NCBI RefSeq assembly: GCF_006345805.1 | Contig: NC_043001.1 | Span: 32,860,001-32,924,000, forward strand | Direction of reading: 5' to 3' | DNA: 64,000 bases | From: Octopus sinensis | Taxonomy: Eukaryota | In this document: in pieces, positions 13,901 through 25,588 of the stretch | Position numbering within the stretch: the first letter of the stretch is position 1 | Layout of the letters: every line of letters begins with the position of its first letter | Translations under genes and position numbers: made by a program | The notes under the pieces: generated by a model | What the model saw: only the letters and a program-made list of their open reading frames with translations | Told to the model about the DNA's origin: nothing | The model's database searches: none

Positions 13901-14948
13901 GTTAATTTAATATGTTCTTTCACTTGTGCAAGATTTTGTTATATATCAAGTTATGTATTGGTTTTTAAGACAGACTATGTAAAATTGTGAGCCAATTCCA
14001 AAACAAAAAAGGGTCTTCTCTGATCTAAGAAACTATGGAGAAGGTATCAACATCTAACGTAGATATCTCTTTAGTATTGTAGTGCTATTGAGGTATATTA
14101 TAAGAAGTTATATATGACCACAAGCATCCAATAAAATCGATTGACACCATACTGCCAACACAAGAAAATTGTATAAAATTTCAGAAGAATACAAGCCATA
14201 CGTAAATAAGCACGTGCTGAGATTGGTAGGTAAATAACACAGATATTATATTTTAAATTTATTATTCTAATGAAAATTGTAATCAAGTTAATGATAAATG
14301 AGAAATAAATTGCAATATTTCAGAACTTTCTCACATATATAACATTTAAACACGAATAAAATACAAATAATCAATCTTGTAAGTGGGAATTGACAAGTTG
14401 CACTCTGAATAGCTCTGACGTCAAGAATTCAGCTTGCATCCACATTCGTGGAGTATAGTAAAATCGAAAACAAAAGCCAGAACAATAACAGCAATATAAC
14501 AATAGTAATAAGAGAAGAAACAATAAGGAGAAGCAAACTGCTGTAACAGCCGCAATAAGTGAAATATAGAATAAATAAAACATAAGCAACAAGAAAAAAG
14601 TGTATTTTTAAAACAAAGGAAAAAGCTCATCGGAACTGAAATCATAGAACACAATACGAACGTTACACCTGAAACATCAGAATCAAATTGTTTAAGTCAG
14701 AAAGATGATTGTCTATAGAATTACTTTCCACCACACTGTCCTTACATATTTGTGCACACACACACGCACATACATAATCACACATATATTATATAGTATA
14801 TAATATATATATATATATTATATATATAGATATATATATATACATATATATATACACAAACACATACACACATAATCGCACATATATTTATATAGTAAGT
14901 ATATATGTATGTATATATATATATGAATATGTGTAACGATAGATAGAC

Positions 14949-14982
<34 letters not shown>

Positions 14983-15123
14983 GATTATGTGTGAGGGTGT
15001 GTTTGTGTGTATAAAAATATGTATTTACATATATTTATACACACAGACACACACACATAATCACACATATATTTATATATGTAAGTATACATGTATGTAT
15101 ATATGTATGTATATATCTATCTA

Positions 15124-15159
<36 letters not shown>

Positions 15160-15276
15160 TATGTGTAAACTATAGATAGACATACAAATACACACAAACA
15201 ACATATATATTTATAAATATACAAACATACACACACATATAGGGAGAGAAAAGAAAGAGAGATGAATAAATAAATG

Positions 15277-15308
<32 letters not shown>

Positions 15309-16026
15309 TTATGTATATGAGTGTGTGGAGATATATATATACATATGTATATATGTGTGTGTGGATATATACGCATTCATGTACAGATGGATGTTCTCCT
15401 TTTGTTTTAAACAGAAATCTATAGATGTATTTATTTGCTATTTATACAAGTATCTATGTATGAGTGTATATAGATATAACCCATATGAAAGCATGTAGAT
15501 ATGCATATAGGCACGGACATATATATATATATAATATATAATATATATATATATTATATATATATATACATATACATACATATATATTATAATAATATAT
15601 ATATATATACGTACATAACATATATATATAAACATACATATATATATATGCATATATATATATATACATACATACATTAATATATATATACTATCTATTA
15701 TAATATAGATATATATGTAGGAACCTGTAATTGGATAAGTATAGATTCTTCCTATTGTCTTTTTTTACGCTATCCTCTCTTTAGCTCTCTGCCTCTTCCT
15801 CTGCCCCCTCACGATATTTCCATCTCCCTCGCGCCCTACCATCCCCCTCGCTTGCTACCACACCTCTCGCTCCCTACCCCCACCCCATTCCCTACAACTC
15901 CCCTCACTCTCTACCTTACCTCTCGCTCCCTACCTCCCCCCTTACTTCTTAATACATAAATGCCAACAAGCATAACTCAGATACATGTATTTATCTATAT
16001 ATACGCACATATACTATATATATATA

Positions 16027-16064
<38 letters not shown>

Positions 16065-16404
16065 GATATATATCAGCCTACACATTCGGATTCCTATACC
16101 AACATACATATGAATAATATAAATATACATGAATGTGTGTGTATGTGTGAAAGAGAAAAAGAGTATATTTGTGCGTGTGTGCGGAGAATTGTTTGTATAT
16201 GTTTATGAATGCAATTGTGTTGATGTGTAAATGTATATATTCAAAGATAAGGAACTATAGAAATAAGCAAATATACACATATTTTCACACAATTCTAAGA
16301 ACTAAATACATAACTATATTTACAAATTATATATTATATATTTATATATAAAACATATATACAGCATAAATATTTATATCATACATATAGGATGTGTATA
16401 TCTA

Positions 16405-16437
<33 letters not shown>

Positions 16438-16483
16438 GTTTGTCTGTCTGTCTGTCCCTCTGTTTGTATGTCTATCTATCTAA

Positions 16484-16547
<64 letters not shown>

Positions 16548-16704
16548 CTACCTATTTATCTAACTATCTATCTATCTAGCTATCTATCTGTCTGTCTGTC
16601 TGTCTGTCTGTCTGTCCCTCTGTTTGTATGTCTATCTATCTAACTATCTATCTATCTATATATCTGTATGTCTGTCTATCTGTCTATTTATATGCATGTA
16701 TGTG

Positions 16705-16764
<60 letters not shown>

Positions 16765-17236
16765 CCTATCTATCTATCTATGGCACGTATGAATGACGAA
16801 GCCACCTTGACTATGATTCTATGAACCGTAAAAATTAATACAGAGAGTTGCTTATTTGCAAAAAAAAAAAAAAGAAATATAACATGTGACTTCATTGACC
16901 GAGGTTACCGTGGTCTTTTCCGTAGGCTTTTCTTTCCACGGGTAAACCTCACCTGTCCTCCCCTTTACACTTCATATTGACATTTCTGTGATAACGATCC
17001 CTATTGATCAATTTTTTTTTTCCTCTCCCCCCTTTTTTTTTAACCCCCCCCTTTTTTGTCCTCTTTCTCTCCTTTTACGATCCCTTTTGATCGACCCCCC
17101 CTTTTTTATTTTATTTTATTTTTTATTTTATTATTATTATTATTTTTTTTTTTTTTTTTTTAAACCTTCAAAAGAAAAGCTCTACCTTGTAATTTGTTCT
17201 ATCTGTGTGCAGCCCTGTGTGGCTAATAAAGAAACA

Positions 17237-17289
<53 letters not shown>

Positions 17290-17602
17290 CTCTTTCTCTC
17301 GCTCTCTCTAGATATATATGTGTGTGTGTATGTATGTATTCATCCGTACATACTTACGTATACATACATGCATACACACATACATACACACATACATACA
17401 AACACACATACATACATATTCCTTAACACAACGTAGTAATGGTGGATTCTGCTGACTTGATTGATGTAAAATATTTCTTCAGTTTTCATTTTCCCATCTT
17501 AAAAAGAAATGCTAGAGCTGTTGGTATACTATATAACAGACGTTCCTTGATTATATCTTAAAGAAACCGAATCATTAATGAAACACTACAAAAGTCTGAT
17601 GA

Positions 17603-17604
17603 TG

Positions 17605-17671
<67 letters not shown>

Positions 17672-17817
17672 TAATAATAATAATAATAATAATAATCTGA
17701 AGAACAAGAGCAACCACAACAAAACCAATATTAACAATGATAGCAATAAGAACAACAACAAAACAAAAGCAAAAGCAACAGTAGCAACAAGAACAATAAC
17801 AAGTACTGGTTTTAATA

Positions 17818-17893
<76 letters not shown>
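17603..17893. repeat. Compound (AAT)n/(AAC)n microsatellite
   Basis: Direct reading. Confidence 0.95.
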
Positions 17894-17894
<1 letters not shown>

Positions 17895-18937
17895 CACAAT
17901 GTTAATACAAAAAAATGATGCTAATCTTTTTTCAACATCATCATCTTTCTTCTTTCTTCTTCCACTTAGCAACATTTCCTCCATCTTTACTTTCTGAATT
18001 CCTCTGCGGTTGGCATTGTCTTTCATCCTTTCGAGGTCGATAAATTAAGTACCAGTAAAACACCGGGATCGATGTAATCATCATTAATAATATTAATACG
18101 CCAATTTGCTTTTTGTACATACCTGACGCGTGTCACACTTAAGAGAAAGATATCGTTGAAGGAAATTTTGTTGCTTAAATAAAAAAATTTTAACTAGATC
18201 TCTTGTAATTTCTGGAAGGAATTTGAAACCACCACCTATGTGTTGTATTACTACTTCTCAACACCCATGCCTACTCGGCCACCGAAGTAAGAAAATTAAG
18301 ATACTTAATAAGAAAATTAATATACTTAAATTTCATGCGTGTGTCGAGCAAGGGAGAGAGGAAGTGAGAGAGGAAGAGAGTGTGTGAGAGGGAGTGGCTG
18401 ATAGGTATTTGAATTCTTTTCTACATTTGAACTGAAATTGACTCCTGGCTATTAAAGGCCCAATCTCTCTCTCTCACACACACACACGCGCGCACACACA
18501 CACTTATATGTTTTGAGTCTTCTACCCATTTGCATTCGGACATACACCAGATAACATGTTAAGTCTGATGTTCCAAAATTCAAATTTTGAATTTGTTTTA
18601 ATTTCACCTCAGCTAAAAACATCTTTTCACTTTTGAATACAACCTTTTCTTTCTCTCTATATATATTTTTGTTAAGTTACAATTTCTCTGTTTTGGTAAG
18701 GAATTTTTCCAATTTCTTTTGTCTTGTATCAAGTAATAGATGAAAGCATTAAAAAAAATTAAATACGTAGAGCCGAAGAAAATCGAAAATATTAATTCTA
18801 TTTTTTTCTTTCCTCAATACTAACACGAGCATAGTATGAGAGAAATTTTGCTGTTGTTTCTAACAAATTGAACGACCACACAGAGTTGTTCAACTGGATC
18901 ATTTCTTGATGTGTATAAGTAAAAAAAAAAACTAAAC

Positions 18938-18984
<47 letters not shown>

Positions 18985-19182
18985 GAATGTATGTGATAAG
19001 TGTCGCATGGTGGAAATAAACGCAACTTCCTTTCTCATTCTATATTTTTTTGTATAGTTAGAATTTGTCTGTTTTTGGTCAATATTTTTCCAACTTCGTT
19101 TTTCTTGTATCAAGCAATTGACGAAACCATTAAAAAAATTAAATTTATAAAGCCGAACAAAATCAAAAATATCAATTCTGTT

Positions 19183-19900
19183 TTATCCCTTTACTTTTAC
19201 TTTCCTTAAGTCTACGGCATAAGATAAGATGGAAAAAGGACAGCGTCCCTTGTTGTTGGTGCCGCTGGGGCCAAATCTACAGTTACCTTGAGAATTGTAA
19301 CGACAAGATTTTTGACGTGGGCATAGAAGAGGGTTTTCTATATTGGCAGACTCATTGGCCAGTGGTCCTATTGTAATGGCAGTAGTAGTAAAAGACTGCT
19401 GTTGTTGTTGTTGAAGCGGTAGTGAATCCTGGCTTGCAAAAGTGGGGCTGGGTGGAATTAGGTCAGATTGTGATACCAAACAGGATGATCCCAATGTAGT
19501 AGCGGTAGATGGCTGTTGTTGTTACGCTAGTGAATCCTGGCTTGCCACGGTAGTGTTGGGTGGAAAAGGCGGCGAGCTGGCAGAAACGTTAGCACGCCGG
19601 GCGAAATGCTTAGCCGTATTTCGTCTGCATTACGTTGTGAGTTCAAATTCCGCCGAGGTCGACTTTGCCTTTCATCCTTTTGAGGTCGATAAATTAAGCA
19701 CCAGTTACGCACTGGGGTCGATGTAATCGACTCAATACCTATGTCTGTCCTTGTTTGTCCCCTCTATGTTTAGCCCCTTGTGGGTAATGAAGAAATAGGT
19801 AGTGTTGGGTGGAATTAGGTCAGATAGCGATGCCAAAGGGGATGTTGTTTGCTGTTGGCTAACCGGTCGTTGACGTGACTCCTAACCTATTGGCATTGGG
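19183..19900 (-). pseudogene. Decayed ORF with CCCH-type zinc finger and internal peptide repeat, probably a non-LTR retrotransposon ORF1 remnant
   Basis: CRYNSQGNCRFGPSGTNNKGRCPF then, with a 1-nt shift, xHLILCRR; repeat SDLIPPxxTxASQDSLxxQQQ occurs twice; interrupted by a stop and a SINE insertion. Confidence 0.55.
19566..19797 (+). mobile_element. SINE family A full monomer with 17-bp target-site duplication
   Basis: GGTAGTGTTGGGTGGAA at 19549-19565 and 19798-19814; GGCGG..CCGCC acceptor-like pairing, B-box GAGTTCAAATTCC. Confidence 0.95.
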
Positions 19901-20021
19901 TCAAGTGGTGCACTACATCCATTGACCAGTATAGCTTCTAGTGTTATCATGTGCGTATGTAGGACATGAAATGATCTTGTGATTTCTTATTTTCTTCTCG
20001 ATCTGTTTTACAGATCTCTAA

Positions 20022-21944
20022 AGGGACTGTGACGCTAATTTTTCGGCGATTTTATCGTAGACATTAGCTGTTACACTATCGTTATGATGAGCGTACCAAG
20101 CATTTATCAGTGCACTAATTACGTTTTCTACCCAGTGGCATTTTAGAATATCATCGGCCATATTCAGTGGATAGAGCAGTATTATACACTATACGTTAAT
20201 CATTGCTGATTTGATGTATGATCGTGAATGTGGCGTAAGTGAATATTGATATAGGATCTTTTCTATTTGGTTGCCAGCGTCAATTTTCTGTTCGAATTGA
20301 TTTCATATTCAGTGTAGTGATACACTTTTATAGGTTAATTAATGACATGAAAGTAATTTTCGCAATAAATCAATAAATAGTTATTAGTAATTAAACTTAG
20401 AAAATTGTTGTAATTTTAGCCAATTGTAAGACACAGTCACATTCATGGCTGTTTCGATAGTAAGAAGCAGAACATGAGAACTATTTTGTCTTTCAACGTG
20501 CCTGTTGCCATAGTAAAAACCAATCCGAGCAGTCTTTGAAAAGTCTTATCTGCGAGGAAGCACGTATAGACAAATTCGACGCTGTGTTCTGTGTGATTTT
20601 GGCAGCAAGCTTCAGTAACTTCGCTTCTATTATGGAAATATCGAAAACAGAGGAGGATATTTTAAAAATTAAAACCGAAAGTTAAATGTTAGTTTTTTTT
20701 TAAAGAATATTTAAATTGTAATGAAATATTGATACTATCTAAGAAGAATGGTCCCGGTGCGCACACTCGCGTACTCGCGCACCCGTGCTAGCTAGTCGTG
20801 ACTAGTCGATCCTACAACGACTACCTAGCAAAGTAAATAAAACACAAAATAAATCATTTTTTTACACAAAGTAAATGATTTTTTTAAAACAAAGTAAATA
20901 AAGCACAAAAACACAAAGTAAGGATCGACTAGTCACGACTAGCTAGCGCGGATTCGCGAGTACGCGAGGGCGCACACAGGTTCCACTCTTCTTAAATAGT
21001 ACCTGAAACATTTAAATTGCTTGTTTAATGTTTGTTTCTTTTTGTCATTGAGCATTGAGGTGGTTATGGTGTGTGCTAAAGATAACAGCTAAATAAGACT
21101 TTTGGATAAATCTTTTAAATTAAAGTTTATTTGCCAACATCTCGATCAGAGATTTAAAACTAACTGTTTTTCTCTTTTAAATTAACATAAACATTTATTT
21201 ACATAATAGAAAATTACCGGAGAGCTTTCATATAATTCTTCTAAATCTTTCTGTTAAAATTGTGTTGTTTATCGTATTAACGTGTTGTTTATCGCATTTA
21301 CATTAAACACTAGTGGTTGAGAGGTGTGCTAAAAATAACAGCTAAATAAGATTTATTTACATGAAAGAAAATTACCGAAGACATAACAAATGATATTTAC
21401 AAATATTCACACGTGCTATTTTCAGGATGCTGACGACAAAATGTGCAGTTACACACAAAATGATAGCTTCCAAATCCTGTTTTCTAACTGGATCAAAATG
21501 AGCAAACTTTAAGCCTATATAACTTCTTTAAAATATTTTTATCGAAAAAATGAAACAATTCCAGCAATTAATTTTGGCAAGTGTATCATCGCGCCCAATC
21601 TTAAAATTTTCGTTAAACTTTAATTTTTCGAGAAGCTGGCAACCAAACCGAAGAGATCTTTGATACATTCGGAAGTGCGTGGCTCTATCCGGGTGTATGG
21701 GAGAGAGTTCAGTGTATTTGGTACGAATCAGAAAAAGCGCTGTATTTAATACAAATCAAAAGAAATTAATTGTACTCACGAATCTAGTTTTAGAACTAAT
21801 CTTGAGATTATTTGAGTTTTTTGTGAACACTGTTGGTTTATATTTGTTCTTCTAATTTTTCGGCGATTTTATCGTAGACATTAGCTTTTACACTGTCGTT
21901 ATGATGAGCGTACCAAGCGTTTATTAGTGCACTAATTTCTACCC
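20022..21944 (+). mobile_element. Composite decayed DNA transposon with THAP-like remnant (Kolobok/P-like?)
   Basis: Left end (c)TAA|AGGGACTGTGAC; ~90-bp direct repeats 20035-20134 and 21852-21944; inverted TTTGGTTGCCAGC motifs 20255-20278 and 21635-21658; VRH[S]HIHGC..LSFNVP..LICE[fs]KH at 20423-20566. Confidence 0.35.
20733..21001. mobile_element. CpG-rich foldback/MITE with ~80-bp arms and TA termini
   Basis: 27-bp perfect inverted repeat 20787-20813 / 20921-20947 within imperfect arms; four CAAAGTAA units in the spacer. Confidence 0.75.
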
Positions 21945-21952
21945 TGAATATA

Positions 21953-21991
<39 letters not shown>

Positions 21992-21996
<5 letters not shown>

Positions 21997-22190
21997 CCAA
22001 ACATGAAAACACAAAGAGAAAACGCAACAACGCGAGAACATGGAACAAGTATAGTGTTATTGGACGCTCAGGAATGGAAAGAAAAGAAAGAAGGAGGATT
22101 TAACGTTTCGAGCGGAGCTCTTCGTCAGAAACATAGAAAAAGGAAAGGTCCAAGGAAGGGAAGACGGAGAAAGAAAATCGCCAACGATAC
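21992..22190 (-). mobile_element. Short interspersed repeat carrying a hammerhead-like motif (Penelope-like-element associated); sister copy on + at ~37930-38090
   Basis: Two homologous copies in the window; minus strand reads CTGACGA-A-GAGC-TCC-GCTC-GAAA-CGTT. Confidence 0.7.
22098..22132 (-). ncRNA. Minimal type-I hammerhead ribozyme motif
   Basis: Intact CUGACGA and GAAA cores, 4-bp stem II, palindromic ACGU stem III, weak stem I (GUUU/AAAU), GUU triplet. Confidence 0.5.
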
Positions 22191-22200
22191 AGACGCGGTC

Positions 22201-22252
<52 letters not shown>

Positions 22253-22255
<3 letters not shown>

Positions 22256-22488
22256 AGAAGACATAAGGTACTCAGAAATCTGGATGGTTTTATATTTATA
22301 ATTATTTATTAATATGTCACATGTTTTTTTATAAATCATATATTAGCGCTTGCGTCCACTCTAGTGGAGTCTTCAGATCTGAAGTGAACGCAAGCGCTAA
22401 TATATGATTTATAAAAACATGTGACATATTAATAATTAATTGTAAATATAAAACCATCCATATTTCTGAGTACCTTATTTCTTCTAAT
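22253..22488. repeat. Long near-perfect palindrome (~100-bp arms) with two small hairpins at the apex
   Basis: attagaag...gcgcttgcgt / acgcaagcgc...cttctaat; apex tccactctagtgga (22355-22368) and cttcagatctgaag (22371-22384). Confidence 0.95.
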
Positions 22489-23136
22489 ATATAATAACTG
22501 TACATCATCTCCAAACCTTCTAATATATATATATATATAACTCCTATTGTAAATTGTAATGGTGGAGAGATGAGATAAAGGGAAAAGAAACAAAAAAGAT
22601 AAAGAAAATGAAAAGTGTTTGAAAAAGGAGAAAAACAGTAATGTATTCGTATATGTGTGTGTGAGTGTATACATCTAGAGGGCGAGAGAGAGGAGAGAGG
22701 AGCGAGAGAGAGAAAGAAAGAGAGAGAGGGGGGATGGAGAAAAAGCAACAGAGATAAATATCTAACCATCTGTCTACTCAAATTCACCAAATATGAAAAT
22801 GCAAGAGATAGATGAAAAGCGATGTTACAGAGGTAGTTGCATTGGGGAAACAATTCGCATAATATCAGTTGAATAAAGAGAGAAAAAAAGATGTGGGGAA
22901 AATTAAGGATGTGAAATTACAATGTGTTCGAAATTATATAGACAAAATGTTCACAGAGTGTAAACTAGATTGATTACAAAATTACTAATGCAAAGAGTTT
23001 TATCTGCGCCGAGTAATTTTGTTTAAAACATACATAGCTTTGAATGGTCTGAAGAGTGACTCACACACAGGCATACGCTTGTCAGCGTGTGGTAACATAC
23101 GTATACACACGCACAATTCCATATAAGCACAGATCG

Positions 23137-23169
<33 letters not shown>

Positions 23170-23250
23170 CATATATGTGTGTGAGTGTGTGCCTGTGTTT
23201 GTGTATGTACATGTACATATATGTATATTCATATATATGAATGTATATAT

Positions 23251-23366
<116 letters not shown>

Positions 23367-23402
23367 TATATATGTATATATATATATATGTATATATATA
23401 TC

Positions 23403-23472
<70 letters not shown>

Positions 23473-24149
23473 TTACCTATATACATACATAAATATATTT
23501 TATGCTTGCAAATTCTATGATGTGAACTCTTCTGTTAAGAATTATTTCTTTTCTAATTCTTTTATTATTAATCGTCAGCTTGTTAACCGTTTAACCAATT
23601 AACTAGTCGAATGTTTGATATCTCGTTCAGTCAATCAGAATAAGGTTTCGAATGGTGATGAAAAGACTCTGAAGCAAGCTGATTGACTGATTGATCGAAC
23701 CATTAATCAAATCATTAATTAGTCAATTGATTAAATAGCTAACTAGTTGACTCATTACAGCAACAAAAGAAGGAAAACAGAAGCAGTTCGTATGGTCTAT
23801 TTCGGCATAAAGCCCCTCCCAAAATACAATATATATGAGTGTGCAAGCGGATGGGTAGTTATAGGTATGTGTATATTTGTTTGTATACATGTGTGTATGT
23901 ATGTGTGTGCGTGCGTGTGTGTATGTGTGTTTGTGTGTGCGTGTGCGTGTGTATGTGTGTGTGTGTGTGTGTGTGTGCGTGTGTGTGTGTGTGTGTGCGT
24001 GTGTGTACATGAGCATGTTTGGGAAACACTATGCAGAAAATGGAAGAGTATCTTAAAATATACCGATGAGAGTTGCTGCGTCTCGTACTTTACCTTGTAA
24101 AAGAAGGGATGTAAAGTGTTACGGTAAAACTCAAGCTGTCTTTGAGACC

Positions 24150-24640
24150 TGTGCGAAAACCGCTACTATACAATGCCACCCAACTGCATCAACAGAAAGA
24201 AACAGACCGTGATAAAAGCTGTAGAAGTGAAAAAGCTCGCTTTGGAGTGAATGACGTGATGCATTGCGGAATATAAAGAATGGACTCTCATAGAACTTGG
24301 AACAAGTGGATATTGCTTCGTAATAATAAAATAATGAGTGAGATTTCAGCCTAAAAATCGCGTGTCGTGGGAGAGAGCTGAACAAAGAAAGCCAACGTGG
24401 AATATGCTATGGAAAATGGAGCCAACCAGGAGGTGATTCCTTCTGAAAGCAATGTTTAACACAGAAACTTTCCAGACAATATTTGGCAACGGGTTGGCAT
24501 GATCCTGTTTATTATTGTCGGTGCTGAGGCATACGACTCTGGAGCAGGTCCTAGCAGTATACAAGTCATCAATTTTAGAGTTGCCCGGCAGCATATCCAG
24601 ATGCCGATCCATTAACACAACTTTGCAGAAATCTATGCAT
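24150..24640 (+). mobile_element. Highly decayed HERO/R2-group non-LTR retrotransposon fragment (post-RT region)
   Basis: Across frames: TWNKW...KPTWNMLWKMEPTR..FLLKAMFN...TTLEQVLAVYKSS, resembling the recalled HERO pattern WxxLWxMEPxR.FL.....xTLxHILSxC. Confidence 0.45.
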
Positions 24641-25079
24641 TGAGAATAAATTCAAAATTGCACCAGGTTTTTCCAAAACGAGAGCAGGAAAGGACAAACG
24701 GACTTGGACAAAAGAAAAGCAATACTAAGAATTGTACACTATGTTAAAGACTAGAAGAGGCAAAGGAGTTTCATGAAGGCGTATTCCCAAACTATATTAT
24801 AATATCTATGTAACGACTTGGTATTATATGTTGCTCTGACAACAAAATTTCACTCGTTTTTGAGGAAGGGCCTAAATTACGAAAGACCAAAGGAATTGTG
24901 TATAACATGAGAAGAGTAATGTACTTGACTTGCATTAAAACCAGAATTTTTTGAATTTTCAAATACAACCATTAAGTTCTACCTACAAAAGTGTATATCT
25001 GTGTCTGTGCGTGTGTGTTTTTGCCTATGTGTATAAACAATATGAAACAATGAAGCAATAAAACCCAAATGTATATTCC

Positions 25080-25210
25080 TTTCTACTCTAGGCTCAAGGC
25101 CCGAAACTTTTGAGGAGGGGGGCAGTCGATTAAGTCGACCCCAGTACACAACTAGTACTTAATTTATCTATTCCGAAAGATGAGAGGTAAAGTCGACCTC
25201 GGTGGAATTA
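25080..25210 (-). mobile_element. SINE family A partial (A2 tail)
   Basis: aggctcaaggcccgaaac...gtcgaccccagtac...aaagtcgacctcggtggaatt. Confidence 0.8.
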
Positions 25211-25351
25211 CCCAAATATATATTAAAATGTATGTTTATAAAAATTTCAAAACCTTATAAAAGTAATAATAAGCACATGAATAATCTTTGGCAATATAAG
25301 ATTTTAGGATGATCGACTTTATATTTCTTATAATATATATATATATATATT

Positions 25352-25588
25352 AGGCGAGGATTTGGACGGCGAATGCCCTGTCCCGATGAGCGAAATCGAA
25401 GCGCTCTACCGGGACAGGCTCTCCCAACCGGGGCCAGAGGTAGATCTAAGCGCCTATCCGGCCTCCTCCGCGGTCGACAACGCTCCGCTTTTGCGTCCGT
25501 TTACCGTACAAGAGATCAAGATCGCCCGCAGACGCATGGATCCGGCCTCCGCCGCCGACCCCGATGGCCTGACACCCCGAGAAGTCAG
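25352..25588 (+). mobile_element. GC-rich internal fragment of an RLE-type (R2/NeSL-like) retrotransposon, region just before RT
   Basis: LLRPFTVQEIKIARRRMDPASAADPDGLT matches the PFTxxEVxxAxxxMxxxSAPGPDG motif; markedly GC-rich versus flanks. Confidence 0.7.

Noticed and set aside
14188-14230. Micro-exon candidates (also 47717-47749)
   Set aside because: Splice-like dinucleotides are expected by chance in AT-rich DNA
15770-15950. C-rich tract (G-rich on the minus strand) as a functional G-quadruplex or promoter
   Set aside because: Low-complexity pyrimidine repeat; nothing distinguishes it from simple-sequence drift
19566-19655. SINE heads as tRNA genes
   Set aside because: A/B boxes are present but there is no proper cloverleaf or anticodon arm, and each continues into a SINE body
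22355-22387. Endogenous parvovirus terminus
   Set aside because: T-shape only; no NS1/VP sequence nearby, and the hammerhead-remnant explanation fits the bases better
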